Origin: Myxococcota bacterium | GTDB taxonomy: Bacteria; Myxococcota_A; UBA796; CAJQPC01 | DNA: 64,000 nucleotides | Direction: 5' to 3' | Assembly: GCA_036012755.1 (NCBI GenBank) | Contig: DASCPX010000129.1 | Coordinates: 224,001 to 288,000 of the forward strand | In this document: positions 30,243-39,925 of the stretch, piece after piece | Position numbering within the stretch: the stretch's first letter is position 1 | How the letters are laid out: each line of letters opens with the position of its first letter | Program-made: the position numbers and the translations under genes | Notes under the pieces: generated by a model | What the model saw: the letters and a program-made list of their open reading frames with translations, nothing else | Databases searched by the model: none | What the model was told of the DNA's origin: nothing

Positions 30243-31315
30243 GGCCGAGGAGCGGTTCAAGATGGATTCGCCGGACGCATACCCGACTGCTTGAGATTCT
30301 GTGCACCGCTGAAGCCCTGCTTGAGGTCTACATGGCAGAGGCGGGATTAGAACCAGGGGTCCGATTCGAGCTGCTTCAGAAGCGGGATGGCCTGCTCCGC
30401 GCTCTGGCACGCGACAGCCAGCACTCGTTGAAGGCTGTCGCGAGCTTCTTACGAGGTGCCTCGGCAGACCTGTACGACTTGGAGGTCGCACTCGTAGCGG
30501 CGATGAGGGCGCTGGGGTTCTACGCGTCCCACGTATCCGGAGCCGGGGAGCCCGACGGGGTTGGCGTCGGTCCCGAGGTTGCGCAGCCAGTTGACGAGGA
30601 GGAGGAGGTCACCAGTGCCGCTGTTCACTTCGCCCGCTTTGACGCCTTCGTGTTCACCATTGAAGCAAAGAGCTCCAAGAAGGTGCCGGATTTGGGCAAT
30701 CTGGATTTCGGCGGTCTTCACAGCCATCAGGTGGCCGCGGGGGCGACAGCCACGATGTTGGTGGCGCCCAGCTACCCAGGCGGCACGGTTCCGGAGGACA
30801 ATAGTCAAGCCGCACAGCGTGCCAGAAACCTCGGTGTCTCGTGTTGGACGATCGAATCCCTGGCCCGTGTCGTCGAAGCTGCCGAAGCCCGTCACGTCAC
30901 AACCGCCGAAGTTTCGTCGATTGTCCGTGAGTGCCGCACCCCGAAGCAGGTTGAGGCGGCGGTGGACAGATTGCTGTCCCAAACACCCTGGTCCCAACCC
31001 GACCTCTACCGCGCGATCCTCCGCGCGATCCGCCAGATGGATGGGAGGTTGCGCGACAGGAAACGTTCGATCTCGATGATCGAGACGGCCCTTACGTTCG
31101 ACGCAGACTTCACTCACGCCGCTGTTACTGGGGAAGCCATCGCGGCAGCCCTGCGCGTGCTCGCCAAGACCAGTCGTGGCATGCTTCATGTGACGAGCGA
31201 CGAGGTCGTGGTCATACGCGGCAGCCTTGACGAGCTCGAGCGGCGGGTGTCGTCGCTCACGGGCGCAGATGCGGCTTCTCGGCGTCGTGGTCTCTTCGTC
31301 GCCGGAGAGGAGTAG
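30239..31315 (+). CDS. PD-(D/E)XK restriction-endonuclease-like protein, probably the C-terminal part of a larger protein
   Basis: LE......ALGF....SGAGEPDG...IEAKS motif order; codon usage visibly richer in A/T third positions. Confidence 0.55.
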   Translation: MRPRSGSRWIRRTHTRLLEILCTAEALLEVYMAEAGLEPGVRFELLQKRDGLLRALARDSQHSLKAVASFLRGASADLYDLEVALVAAMRALGFYASHVSGAGEPDGVGVGPEVAQPVDEEEEVTSAAVHFARFDAFVFTIEAKSSKKVPDLGNLDFGGLHSHQVAAGATATMLVAPSYPGGTVPEDNSQAAQRARNLGVSCWTIESLARVVEAAEARHVTTAEVSSIVRECRTPKQVEAAVDRLLSQTPWSQPDLYRAILRAIRQMDGRLRDRKRSISMIETALTFDADFTHAAVTGEAIAAALRVLAKTSRGMLHVTSDEVVVIRGSLDELERRVSSLTGADAASRRRGLFVAGEE

Positions 31316-31396
31316 AGGGCGGAATGGCGCCTAACGCCCGGTCCACCACACCCGGCGTCGCACCGATACGAGCGCCCTCCCGCACCCCACCCGCGC

Positions 31397-32740
31397 CTAC
31401 CGCCCTCGCCAGAAGACCAGCGCCTGGCCCGCGGGGCGGATCGGTTCGATGCGCTCCTGGTTTCGGGTCGACGGCATCTCGTAAGTCGAAAGGCTCAGGT
31501 TCTGGGCCGCCAGGAGCTCCTGCGGGAAGACTCCATCGATCACCGAGAGGTGCATCTCTCGCACATCGTCGAGGGCCCCGGAGGCGGCACGCTGGCGGGC
31601 GTCGACGACCGCCGCGGAGTGCAGCGCGTCGATCTCGCCGCCGCGCAGACCGAAGGCCTCGCTGATGTTGAGCAGCTCTTTCTCCTCCTCTTCGTAGGGG
31701 AGGATCAGCTCGCCGGAGCGGGCCGCGAGCAGGTCGGCTGCGAACAGATCCCTGGCCACGCCGTTGTACTGGCCCGGCGCGCGGGCGTCCGCGATCTGCT
31801 GGTTGCTGGTCTCGCTGAGGTCTCCGGCGTCACCGCCGCTCCAGACGACGTCCACGAGCTCGGTGAGGTGGCCGTGGAGCTCCTCTCCCTGGACCTGGCG
31901 AATGACGAGGGAGTCGTCGACGCCGTCGATCCGTACCGGCTGATCCGCGAGGGCGTAGACCACGTTGCGGGGGTCCTCGCCGTTGAAGACGGACAGCCGC
32001 ATCGGCAGGACCGGCTCGTCCGACCAGAAGCGGAAGGCCATGCCCTGGACGTGGCCGTCGAAGGTCGAGCCCTTCGGCCTTGTCGTGTCCGCCTCGCGCA
32101 TGCCCGGGTGCGGTGTCGCCCCCTCGGCGCCGCCGACCTTGGCCTTGATGGCCACGAAGCACCAGCGGTCGTTGACATAGTCCCCGACGACGTCGTCCAT
32201 GCCCTCTGGGTAGCGGTAGTCGTTGTCCGCCATCCAGCGCTCCAGCGCCTTCGGCGAGCCCGCCTCGAGCACGGCGACCTCGTACATGCCGACTGCCTCT
32301 TCGCGCAGGACGCGGACCTCTGTGTAGCCGAGGCCGGCCTCCATCTGGACACTTGGCGCATTGTCCTCCCGCCTCATCGAGAACCTGGAGTTGGAGACCA
32401 TCTCGAGCAGGTAGGGATCCTGGACCGTCACCGCGACCTTTGGTGGGTCCACCGCGGCCTCGATGTGGGCGAAGGTGGCGTCGTCGATCTTGCGGATCGT
32501 CGGTGGGGTCGGGAAGGGGATGAGCATGCCGAAGTCCTCGACATTGCCCACGAACCCGGGGCGCAGCGCCATGGTCTCCATGCCGCCGACACCCGGGATG
32601 GTGCGGTGGCTGACATAGGTCCGCTGGGCGCCGGAGCGCTCGATGGTCGGGACGTCGACCCCGGTGAGGCGGATGGGCGGCACCATGCCGCAGGGATCGG
32701 CCTCTCCGAGCTGGACGAGGGCGAGCATGACGCCGAGCAT
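31397..32740 (-). CDS. DUF2330-like exported protein
   Basis: Signal then DPCGMVPP; FGMLIPFP, VGMYEVAVL, WM.DN.Y, FVAIK, PMRL. Confidence 0.75.
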   Translation of the reverse strand: MLGVMLALVQLGEADPCGMVPPIRLTGVDVPTIERSGAQRTYVSHRTIPGVGGMETMALRPGFVGNVEDFGMLIPFPTPPTIRKIDDATFAHIEAAVDPPKVAVTVQDPYLLEMVSNSRFSMRREDNAPSVQMEAGLGYTEVRVLREEAVGMYEVAVLEAGSPKALERWMADNDYRYPEGMDDVVGDYVNDRWCFVAIKAKVGGAEGATPHPGMREADTTRPKGSTFDGHVQGMAFRFWSDEPVLPMRLSVFNGEDPRNVVYALADQPVRIDGVDDSLVIRQVQGEELHGHLTELVDVVWSGGDAGDLSETSNQQIADARAPGQYNGVARDLFAADLLAARSGELILPYEEEEKELLNISEAFGLRGGEIDALHSAAVVDARQRAASGALDDVREMHLSVIDGVFPQELLAAQNLSLSTYEMPSTRNQERIEPIRPAGQALVFWRGR

Positions 32741-34086
32741 CAGGACTCCTTGGGAAGCGAGACGGTCGCGGCGGCGGGACGGAGCGGGTCCTCGCGGCGC
32801 ACGTTCTTCTTCGCGGGCATGCGGTAGGGAGAGAAGGTCAGGTTCTGTGCGGCAAGGACCTGCTGTGGGAAGACCCCGTCGAGCACGGTGAGGTGCATCT
32901 CCTTCACGTCGTCGAGGGCGCCGGCGACGGCCTCTGCGCGCAGCTCGGCGAGCTCGTGGGCGTGGAGGCCATCGACCGCCGCACCGCGCAGGCCGAAGCT
33001 CTCCGAGATGCGGAGGAGCTCTTTCTCCTCCTCCTCGTGCTCGAGGCTGAGATCCCCGCCGCGGGCCTTGCGCGTGGCCAGCATGTCGCTGGCGATGAGG
33101 TCCCGGGCGACGCCAGAGAACGCCACGGGGTCGCGGATGGTGTCGACGTAGTCCTGGTTGCTCTTCGAGAGCTGAGAGCGCTTGCCGTTGTGGTAGGCCA
33201 CCGGCAACAGCTCCGTGAGGTTGTCGTAGACCTGCTCACCGCTGATCTGTCGCACCACGAGGTCGGCAGGTACGTCATCGATGCGCATCGGCTCATCGGA
33301 GAGCAGGTACACGATGTTGCGAGGGTCTTCCCCGTTGAAGACGGACAGGCGCATCGGCACCACGGGCTCGTCGACGGGGAAGCGGAAGCCCATCCCCTGG
33401 ACGTGGCCGTCGAAGGACGAGCCTTCGGGTCGCTCCGTGGACGCGTGCCGCATGCCGGGGTGCGGGTTCGCCTCTTCTGCGGCGCCCACCTTCGCCTTCA
33501 CGGCGACGAAGAACCACCGCACATCGACGTAGTCCTGGACCACGCCGTCCATGCCGTCCGGGTACTTGTAGCTGTTGTCGGCCATCCAGCGCTCCAGCGC
33601 CTTCGGCGAGCCCGCCTCCAGCACCGCGACCTCGTACATGCCGACCGCCTCCTGGCTGACGACGCGGACCTCGTCCAGCCGCAAGGGGGGCTCTGCACCC
33701 TCGCGCTCGGCCATCGACCCGGTGAACCTCGCTGGGGCCGCGTCCACCGCCGGCGCGAAGACGTAGGGCTCGTAGAGGTGGACCTGCACCTCTGGCGGAT
33801 CTACTGCGGCTTCGAGCTGGGCGAAGGTGTTGTCGTCGATCTTGCGGATGACGGGGGCCGAGGGGAAGGGGATGAGCATCCCAAACTCCTCGACGTCTCC
33901 GGTGAAGCCAGGGCGCAGGACCATCGTCTCGACGCCGCCCACACCCTGCTCGGATCTGTGCATCACGTAGGTGCGCTGGGCGCCGGTGCGCTCGAGCGTC
34001 GGGGTGGGACCGCTCAAGGCGATGGGAGGGACCATGCCGCAGGGGTCGGCCTGGGAGTTCGCCAGCAAGGCGATGAGGGACATCAT
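32740..34086 (-). CDS. DUF2330-like exported protein, tandem paralog
   Basis: Same motifs; TGATG coupling to the downstream paralog. Confidence 0.75.
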   Translation of the reverse strand: MMSLIALLANSQADPCGMVPPIALSGPTPTLERTGAQRTYVMHRSEQGVGGVETMVLRPGFTGDVEEFGMLIPFPSAPVIRKIDDNTFAQLEAAVDPPEVQVHLYEPYVFAPAVDAAPARFTGSMAEREGAEPPLRLDEVRVVSQEAVGMYEVAVLEAGSPKALERWMADNSYKYPDGMDGVVQDYVDVRWFFVAVKAKVGAAEEANPHPGMRHASTERPEGSSFDGHVQGMGFRFPVDEPVVPMRLSVFNGEDPRNIVYLLSDEPMRIDDVPADLVVRQISGEQVYDNLTELLPVAYHNGKRSQLSKSNQDYVDTIRDPVAFSGVARDLIASDMLATRKARGGDLSLEHEEEEKELLRISESFGLRGAAVDGLHAHELAELRAEAVAGALDDVKEMHLTVLDGVFPQQVLAAQNLTFSPYRMPAKKNVRREDPLRPAAATVSLPKES

Positions 34087-34247
34087 GAGGGGAACTCCTC
34101 GTCTGCGAACTTCACCCGGTACTGGATCAGCCCCGGGCCGGAGACCTGTGCGTCACTGAGCCACACTCGACCCAGATCCTGCCAGTCGTCCTCGCCACTC
34201 TCGATTACTGTAAACCACGGACCCGCCGCGAAGTGGACTCCCTCCAG

Positions 34248-34745
34248 TCACCACCGTGACCAGAGGTGGTCGAGTCCTACTCGTTTCACCTTTCCGCCCG
34301 TCTCGAGGTGGCCGAGGGACCCGGTCCCGTCGAAGACGATGTGTTGCTTTTCCTTGAGGGGGATGTCGGTCGGAGGGAGCGTCCCACGGACCTCGCCGTC
34401 CTCGTCGAGCAGCCGCATCTCGACCGTGACGTGATCCCGCGCGAGCTCGCGTTCGATGAACGCCAGGTGGGCGTAGTCGACCGGCGCGACGTTGTCCGCC
34501 AGCCAGTCCTCTGTGTCGTGGAAGTAGAACAGGAGCGTCTCGAGCTCGATCGTGGGCTCGCCGATCGGCTGCAAGGCCCAGTCCTGCAGCAAGACCTCGA
34601 TCTCCTCGTCGGAGAGGTGGATGTGTTCCTGCTGGTCGCCCAGGGAGCACGTCGTCTTGCAGTCGACCTGTGTCACTTCGTCGGGCTGGGCCGCATCGAC
34701 CTCTGGGACCTCTCCCGTCCCGCAGGCAAGTAGAACAAACACCAT
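34248..34745 (-). CDS. Hypothetical lipoprotein
   Basis: MVFVLLAC; ATG overlaps the upstream TGA; typical codon usage. Confidence 0.7.
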   Translation of the reverse strand: MVFVLLACGTGEVPEVDAAQPDEVTQVDCKTTCSLGDQQEHIHLSDEEIEVLLQDWALQPIGEPTIELETLLFYFHDTEDWLADNVAPVDYAHLAFIERELARDHVTVEMRLLDEDGEVRGTLPPTDIPLKEKQHIVFDGTGSLGHLETGGKVKRVGLDHLWSRW

Positions 34746-35827
34746 CACTTCACCTGGTCGAGGAGTTTCTGGTACTTGACTTCGTCCTTGACGCCGTGCT
34801 CTGCGAGGACCTTCTTGAGGGCCTGCTTGCCCGCCGCCTGTCCGTATTGGACGAGGAGTTCGTTGGTCTCCGTCGAGGGCCAGCCCGGCCAGCCCGCCGC
34901 CTGGTGGAGGTTGATGGACTGCAGGTTGTTGAAGATCTGGTTCTTCTCTGTGTAGTTGCCGCTCAGGTCGCAATACAGATGCCAGCTGACGAGGTGCCCG
35001 GCCAGGACCTGGGCCTCCTTCTTCTTCCACGCCAGAGAGGGCACATACAGCGCCCCGCCCTGCCAGAGGGTCTCCTCTGCGCCGGGTGTGTAGGCGTAGC
35101 CCTTCGCGATGTCCATCGCCCGGTCGCGGTCGGTGCCCGCCCACGAGCCGAGGTAGGCGGCTGCCGTGCGGCGCGTGTTGGTGTCTTCGTGGTGGAACAT
35201 CACGTCCATCAGGGGTTCGTGACCCTTGGCGATGATCACCGGTGCCAGGATCGTCGTCAGATCGGCGTTGGCGTTCACGGCGCCGATCGCGCTCCCGATG
35301 TCCTGGATCTCGCCGCTGAAGGACTCGAGCTTCAGCCGGATGGGGCGGTTCAGCGCCGGGTACACAGCGGCAAGCGGAGCCAGCGCGAGCACCTCGTCGG
35401 CGCTGTTGGTCCGTTGCACTCGGCCAGCCGCGGCCCAGGTCCGCACCAGCTCGGGAGCCTGGCCGTAGTCCTGGATGCCCAACAGGGCCGTATCGGCGCT
35501 CTCGTCGTCGATCTGTGCCAGGCCCTGGATGGCCCAGCCCCGTGCGCTCATGTCCGAGCCGTGCAGAGCGGTGTCGCGGAGCGCGGGCACTGCATCCGGG
35601 CCCATGGCCACCAGCTTCTCGAGGGCCGGCTGGGCTGTGTCCGGTTCTGCGAGGGCCAGGGCGAGGCCCGCCTGGTCCTCTGGCAGGTTCACTACGCGCG
35701 TCAGCTCGCCGGATTTCGGCTTCTTCGCCTTTGCGGTAGCGGTGATTTCGGGCTTGTCGGTGTCGAAGACGTCGGCGTCCTTCGTGCATCCACCGAGGGT
35801 GAGAGAGAGGAGCAGGGGAGTGATCAT
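34745..35827 (-). CDS. Lipoprotein with HEAT-like helical repeats
   Basis: MITPLLLSLTLGGC; LVAMGPDAVPAL, ARGWAIQGLAQI, VRTWAAAG. Confidence 0.65.
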   Translation of the reverse strand: MITPLLLSLTLGGCTKDADVFDTDKPEITATAKAKKPKSGELTRVVNLPEDQAGLALALAEPDTAQPALEKLVAMGPDAVPALRDTALHGSDMSARGWAIQGLAQIDDESADTALLGIQDYGQAPELVRTWAAAGRVQRTNSADEVLALAPLAAVYPALNRPIRLKLESFSGEIQDIGSAIGAVNANADLTTILAPVIIAKGHEPLMDVMFHHEDTNTRRTAAAYLGSWAGTDRDRAMDIAKGYAYTPGAEETLWQGGALYVPSLAWKKKEAQVLAGHLVSWHLYCDLSGNYTEKNQIFNNLQSINLHQAAGWPGWPSTETNELLVQYGQAAGKQALKKVLAEHGVKDEVKYQKLLDQVK

Positions 35828-35899
35828 CGAGTCTCCGGTACCGGGACGGTCGGCCCAGGGAAGATACGCGGGAGCATCCTGGCGGCATACACCCGGGTC

Positions 35900-37336
35900 G
35901 TGAGCTGGCAGGATCGCTGCGCCGAGTACGTCAGGACCGAGGGTCTCGAGATGGCATGCCTGGGCGTGCTGCGGGCCTTCGGTGGGCGCGCCGACGGGCC
36001 GACGCCTACCTTGGCTCAGCTCGAGGTCGACCCGCATCCCCGCGGCGCGCGCATTGTCGAGGTCCTCGACGGAGAGGTCGACAGGGACCAGGCGGAGCTC
36101 TTCGCCCGGCGCTTCCTGGCCTGCGCCGAGCTGCTCCAGCGCATGGGTCGCGGGCCGGCGCGCGTCCTCCGGATCGGGCTGTTGACCCGCATCGGCGAGA
36201 TCCTCGAGGCGGCCCCTCCTCGGGCGGTCCGCGTGAGGGCTTGCGTCGACTTCTACACCTCGCACGGCTCGCTGCTGCACCACGCGAGCCCTGGGCTGCC
36301 AGGGCTCCCGGAGATCCTCGGCAGCTGCAGCTGGAGGCGCATCGAGGAGGGGCTCGACCACGTGCTCGTCGCCGCTTCGACCGACCTGGGGCCTGTCCAC
36401 GTGAACCTCCTCCGAGTCCGGGATCGGCCGCTCGGGGTGGTCGATCTGCGAGGCGCCGACGGGGACTTCGCGACCCAGGTGCGCGCTCGCGGGGCCCTCG
36501 CCGGAGTGAGCGGGGGCTTCTTCCTCTACAGCGAGCCGGACATCGAGGCCCCCTTCGAGCGCGGCGAACCGGTCGGGCTCCTGGCTGACTCCACCGGCCT
36601 CATCTCTCCTCCGGTCTTTCGCCGGGCCACCCTCGATGCTCGCGACCACCGCATCACCACCGCCAGCCTTGTGGGCTGGGAGCTCCTCGGCCACCGCGTA
36701 GAGGCCGTCAACACCCTGCGGGTCGGGCCCGTGGTCTTCAACCGGGCTTTTGGGCCCCTGGCGCCGGAGGGCAGGGTGTCCGTCGCCATCGCCCACGAGC
36801 AGATCCTGGAGGTCACGACAGCTCCATGTGCCATCCCCCTCAACGGCTTCGTCCTCAGCCTCCCACGAGGCGAGCGAGTCGGCGAGCCTGTCGGGGAGCT
36901 CCGCTGGCCAGACGTGCGAGACCAGATCAGCGGAGGCCCCTGGCTGCTGCGCGACGGCGAGCTCGTCCTCGATCTGCTCGCAGAGGACTTCGCCCTCGAC
37001 GCCCCGCCCGTCACCTTCTCCCGTGACGAGACCTTCGACCAGAACCTGCTGCCGCGCATGGCCGTCGGTCGCTGCCCGGACGGGACGCTGATCTTCGCGG
37101 CGATCGACGGTCGGAACTTCGAGCGTGCTCCGGGTATGACCCTCCGCGGGGCCGCCCAGCTGCTGGCTGCCCTCGGGTGCCGGGACGCGATGAACCTCGA
37201 CGGCGGCAGCTCCAAGCGCATGGTGGTCGGTGGCCGGGTCGTCGATCTCGCCAGCACTGAGCTCGTTCAGGCTGGCACAGAGACCCGCACGCGGCCTGTT
37301 CACAACGGCATCCTCGTGCTACGGGCAGAGCCATGA
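35900..37336 (+). CDS. Phosphodiester glycosidase (NAGPA-like) family protein with an extra N-terminal region
   Basis: SGGFF, GGPWLL.DG, PRMAVG, IDGR, AMNLDGGSS, RPVHNGI; GTG 35900 start inferred. Confidence 0.75.
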   Translation: MSWQDRCAEYVRTEGLEMACLGVLRAFGGRADGPTPTLAQLEVDPHPRGARIVEVLDGEVDRDQAELFARRFLACAELLQRMGRGPARVLRIGLLTRIGEILEAAPPRAVRVRACVDFYTSHGSLLHHASPGLPGLPEILGSCSWRRIEEGLDHVLVAASTDLGPVHVNLLRVRDRPLGVVDLRGADGDFATQVRARGALAGVSGGFFLYSEPDIEAPFERGEPVGLLADSTGLISPPVFRRATLDARDHRITTASLVGWELLGHRVEAVNTLRVGPVVFNRAFGPLAPEGRVSVAIAHEQILEVTTAPCAIPLNGFVLSLPRGERVGEPVGELRWPDVRDQISGGPWLLRDGELVLDLLAEDFALDAPPVTFSRDETFDQNLLPRMAVGRCPDGTLIFAAIDGRNFERAPGMTLRGAAQLLAALGCRDAMNLDGGSSKRMVVGGRVVDLASTELVQAGTETRTRPVHNGILVLRAEP

Positions 37337-39036
37337 GCTACCAGGCGATCGCTCGCAAGTGGCGGCCGGGCACCTTCGAGGAGATCTGCGGGCAGGGCCA
37401 CGTCACGCAGACACTCCAGAACGCCCTGCGGCTCGAGCGCATCCACCACGCGTTCCTCTTCACGGGGGCACGAGGTGTCGGCAAGACCACAGCTGCCCGG
37501 ACCTTCGCGCGGGCCCTGAACTGCGCCGAAGGCCCGACCCCGACCCCCTGCGGCGAGTGCTCCTCCTGCAAGGAGATCTCGGGCGGCGGCAGCACCGACG
37601 TCATCGAGATCGACGGGGCCTCGAACAACTCGGTCGAGGATGTCCGCAGCCTCCGCGACGCGGTCCGCTACCTGCCCGCTCGCGACCGCTACCGCATCTA
37701 CATCATCGACGAGGTCCACATGCTCTCGATCGGGGCCTTCAACGCGCTGTTGAAGACCCTCGAGGAGCCACCGGCCCACGTCCTGTTCATCTTCGCGACC
37801 ACCGAGCCCCAGAAGATCCCCGACACGATCCTCAGCCGAGTGCAGCGCTTCGACTTCAAGCGCATCCCCTCCGCCATCGTCGTCGAGCGCCTCGCGAAGA
37901 TCGCCGTGGCAGAGGGAGCCGACATCGGCGAGGACGGCCTGAAGCTGATCGCCCGCGCCGGCGAGGGCTCGATGCGTGACGCGCAGTCGCTGCTCGACCA
38001 GGTCATCGCCTTCAGCAGCGCCGGCATCACGACCGAGGAGGTCGCCCGGGTCCTGGGGCTCGTCGATCGCGGCTTGCTCTACGGCTTCCTGGAGGGGCTC
38101 GTCGCCGCCGAGCCGGACCGCTGCCTCGACGCCATCTCCGCGGTCTACGACTACGGCTACGAGCTCAGCCAGTTCACGACGGAGCTGTTGGAGCTCCTGC
38201 GAAATGCGGCGCTGACCGTCCTGAGCCCTGGCGCGAGGAAGCACATCGACGCCCCGGCAGAGGAGCTCGAGCGCCTCGCTGTCATCACGCGCGGGACCGA
38301 CGCCGAGACCTTCAGTCGCTGGTTCGCCGTGATGCTCCAGATCCACGACGAGGTCAGTCGCAGCAGCCGCCCGCGGCTGGTCCTGGAGATGGCGGTCGCC
38401 CGGCTGGCCTCGATACGGCCGCTGAAGCCAGTGGATCAGCTGGTGGTGCGCCTCGAGGAGCTGGAGAAGAAGCTCGCGAAGGAGGGCTATCGGCCCAGGA
38501 AGAGCCTCAGCGCGATGGCCGCCGAGGACTTCGTTCCGGCGCCGCCCGACGTGGTCCCGCCGACCCCGCCGGCGCCCCCGGACGTGGTCCCGCCCGCGCC
38601 TCCGGAGGTGGTCTCGCCCCCGCCGAAGGTGGACAAGCCGGGCCCGGTCCGCTTCCAGGAGCTGCTCGCGAGCATCCCGAAGAAGGCCAGCTTCCGGCCC
38701 GTGCTCGAGAACGCCGCCTTCTTGCGGATGGAGGCTGGCGTCGTTCACCTCGCCGTCCCCGGGGACACGCACCTGACCAAGGCTCAGCGCATCCGCTCGG
38801 ACGCGGAGCTCCAGGCAGCCGTGATGGCCCACTTCGGGGTCGGTCGCGTCGAGTTCGAGCTCCGCGCGGAGCACGTCGAGTCCCGCACCACCCGTGAGGC
38901 TCGAGACCTGCGGCGCGAGGCCTGGAAGAAGAAGCTGTGGGAATCGGCGCGCAATGACCCGGCGGTGGCGGCCGCCGAGGACGTCCTCGGCACGAAGCTC
39001 GTCGATGTCGAGCTGCCGCTCTTCGAAGAGGATTGA
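37333..39036 (+). CDS. dnaX: DNA polymerase III subunit gamma/tau
   Basis: MSYQAIARKWRP, GARGVGKT, Zn cysteines, IIDEVHML, TLEEPP. Confidence 0.95.
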   Translation: MSYQAIARKWRPGTFEEICGQGHVTQTLQNALRLERIHHAFLFTGARGVGKTTAARTFARALNCAEGPTPTPCGECSSCKEISGGGSTDVIEIDGASNNSVEDVRSLRDAVRYLPARDRYRIYIIDEVHMLSIGAFNALLKTLEEPPAHVLFIFATTEPQKIPDTILSRVQRFDFKRIPSAIVVERLAKIAVAEGADIGEDGLKLIARAGEGSMRDAQSLLDQVIAFSSAGITTEEVARVLGLVDRGLLYGFLEGLVAAEPDRCLDAISAVYDYGYELSQFTTELLELLRNAALTVLSPGARKHIDAPAEELERLAVITRGTDAETFSRWFAVMLQIHDEVSRSSRPRLVLEMAVARLASIRPLKPVDQLVVRLEELEKKLAKEGYRPRKSLSAMAAEDFVPAPPDVVPPTPPAPPDVVPPAPPEVVSPPPKVDKPGPVRFQELLASIPKKASFRPVLENAAFLRMEAGVVHLAVPGDTHLTKAQRIRSDAELQAAVMAHFGVGRVEFELRAEHVESRTTREARDLRREAWKKKLWESARNDPAVAAAEDVLGTKLVDVELPLFEED

Positions 39037-39037
39037 G

Positions 39038-39343
39038 ATGGACATGAATCAGCTCGGCTTGATGGCCGCGCAGCTCCAGCAGGGCATCCAGAGAGCCAAG
39101 GAAGAGGCGGCGAAGGCCGAGGTGCAGGGCCAGGCTGGTGGGGGCCTCGTCGAGGTCGTCGCCACCGGCGACCAGCGCATCGTGAGCGTGCGCATCTCCG
39201 AGGCCGCCTACGAGGATCGCGAGATGCTCGAAGACCTCGTCACCGCCGCGGTGAACGACGCGGTGCGGAAGAGCCAGGAGCTCGTCGCGGCCAAGCTGAA
39301 GGAGGCAACCGGCGGCCTCCCGCTGCCTCCGGGTCTGCTGTAG
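39038..39343 (+). CDS. ybaB: YbaB/EbfC nucleoid-associated protein
   Basis: GQAGGGLVEV, MLEDLVTAAVNDA; dnaX-ybaB-recR order. Confidence 0.92.
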   Translation: MDMNQLGLMAAQLQQGIQRAKEEAAKAEVQGQAGGGLVEVVATGDQRIVSVRISEAAYEDREMLEDLVTAAVNDAVRKSQELVAAKLKEATGGLPLPPGLL

Positions 39344-39925
39344 GTGGACCCCATCCGGCGGTGCGTCCAGCAGCTCTCCCGCCTCCCCGGCATCGGTGAG
39401 AAGACGGCCTGGCGCTTGACGTGGTGGTTGCTGCGCGCTGACCGGGCGCTTGTCGAGGACCTCGCACGCGCCCTGTCCGAGCTCCGCGACAACGTCGTGG
39501 AGTGCGAGCTGTGCTGCACGATCGCGGCCTCGTCGCCCTGCTCCACCTGCGCCGACTCACGCCGGGACCCCGCGCTGCTCTGCGTCGTCGAGCGCCCACA
39601 GGACGTCACCGCCATCGAGGGCAGCGGCGAGTTCCGCGGGCAGTTCCACGTGCTCCACGGGGCGATCTCCCCCTTGGACGGAGTCGGCCCCGACCAGCTC
39701 CGGATCCGGGAGCTGCTCGCCCGGCTCGAGGGGGTGCGCGAGGTCATCCTCGCCACCGATCCGGATGTCGAAGGAGACGCCACCGCGCTGTATCTCGCCA
39801 GGATGTTGAAGCCCCTCGGACCGATGGTCTCGCGTCTCGCTTTTGGGATCAGCGTCGGCACCGAGATCGAGTACGCCGATCGGGTCTCGCTGATGCGCGC
39901 GCTGGAGAACAGGAGGGCCCTCTGA
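39344..39925 (+). CDS. recR: Recombination mediator RecR
   Basis: LPGIGEKTA HhH, C4 zinc finger, VLHGAISPLDG, Toprim EVILAT..VEGDATA. Confidence 0.95.
   Translation: MDPIRRCVQQLSRLPGIGEKTAWRLTWWLLRADRALVEDLARALSELRDNVVECELCCTIAASSPCSTCADSRRDPALLCVVERPQDVTAIEGSGEFRGQFHVLHGAISPLDGVGPDQLRIRELLARLEGVREVILATDPDVEGDATALYLARMLKPLGPMVSRLAFGISVGTEIEYADRVSLMRALENRRAL

Noticed and set aside
31329..31396. GCCTAAC after the nuclease-like gene resembles an integron attC R'' box
   Set aside because: No matching GTTRRRY or inverted-repeat arm downstream, and no integrase in the window.
38460..38640. Possible dnaX gamma/tau frameshift site and PPDVVPP repeats
   Set aside because: No A-AAA-AAG or poly-A slippery run seen; the repeats are an ordinary Pro-rich linker.
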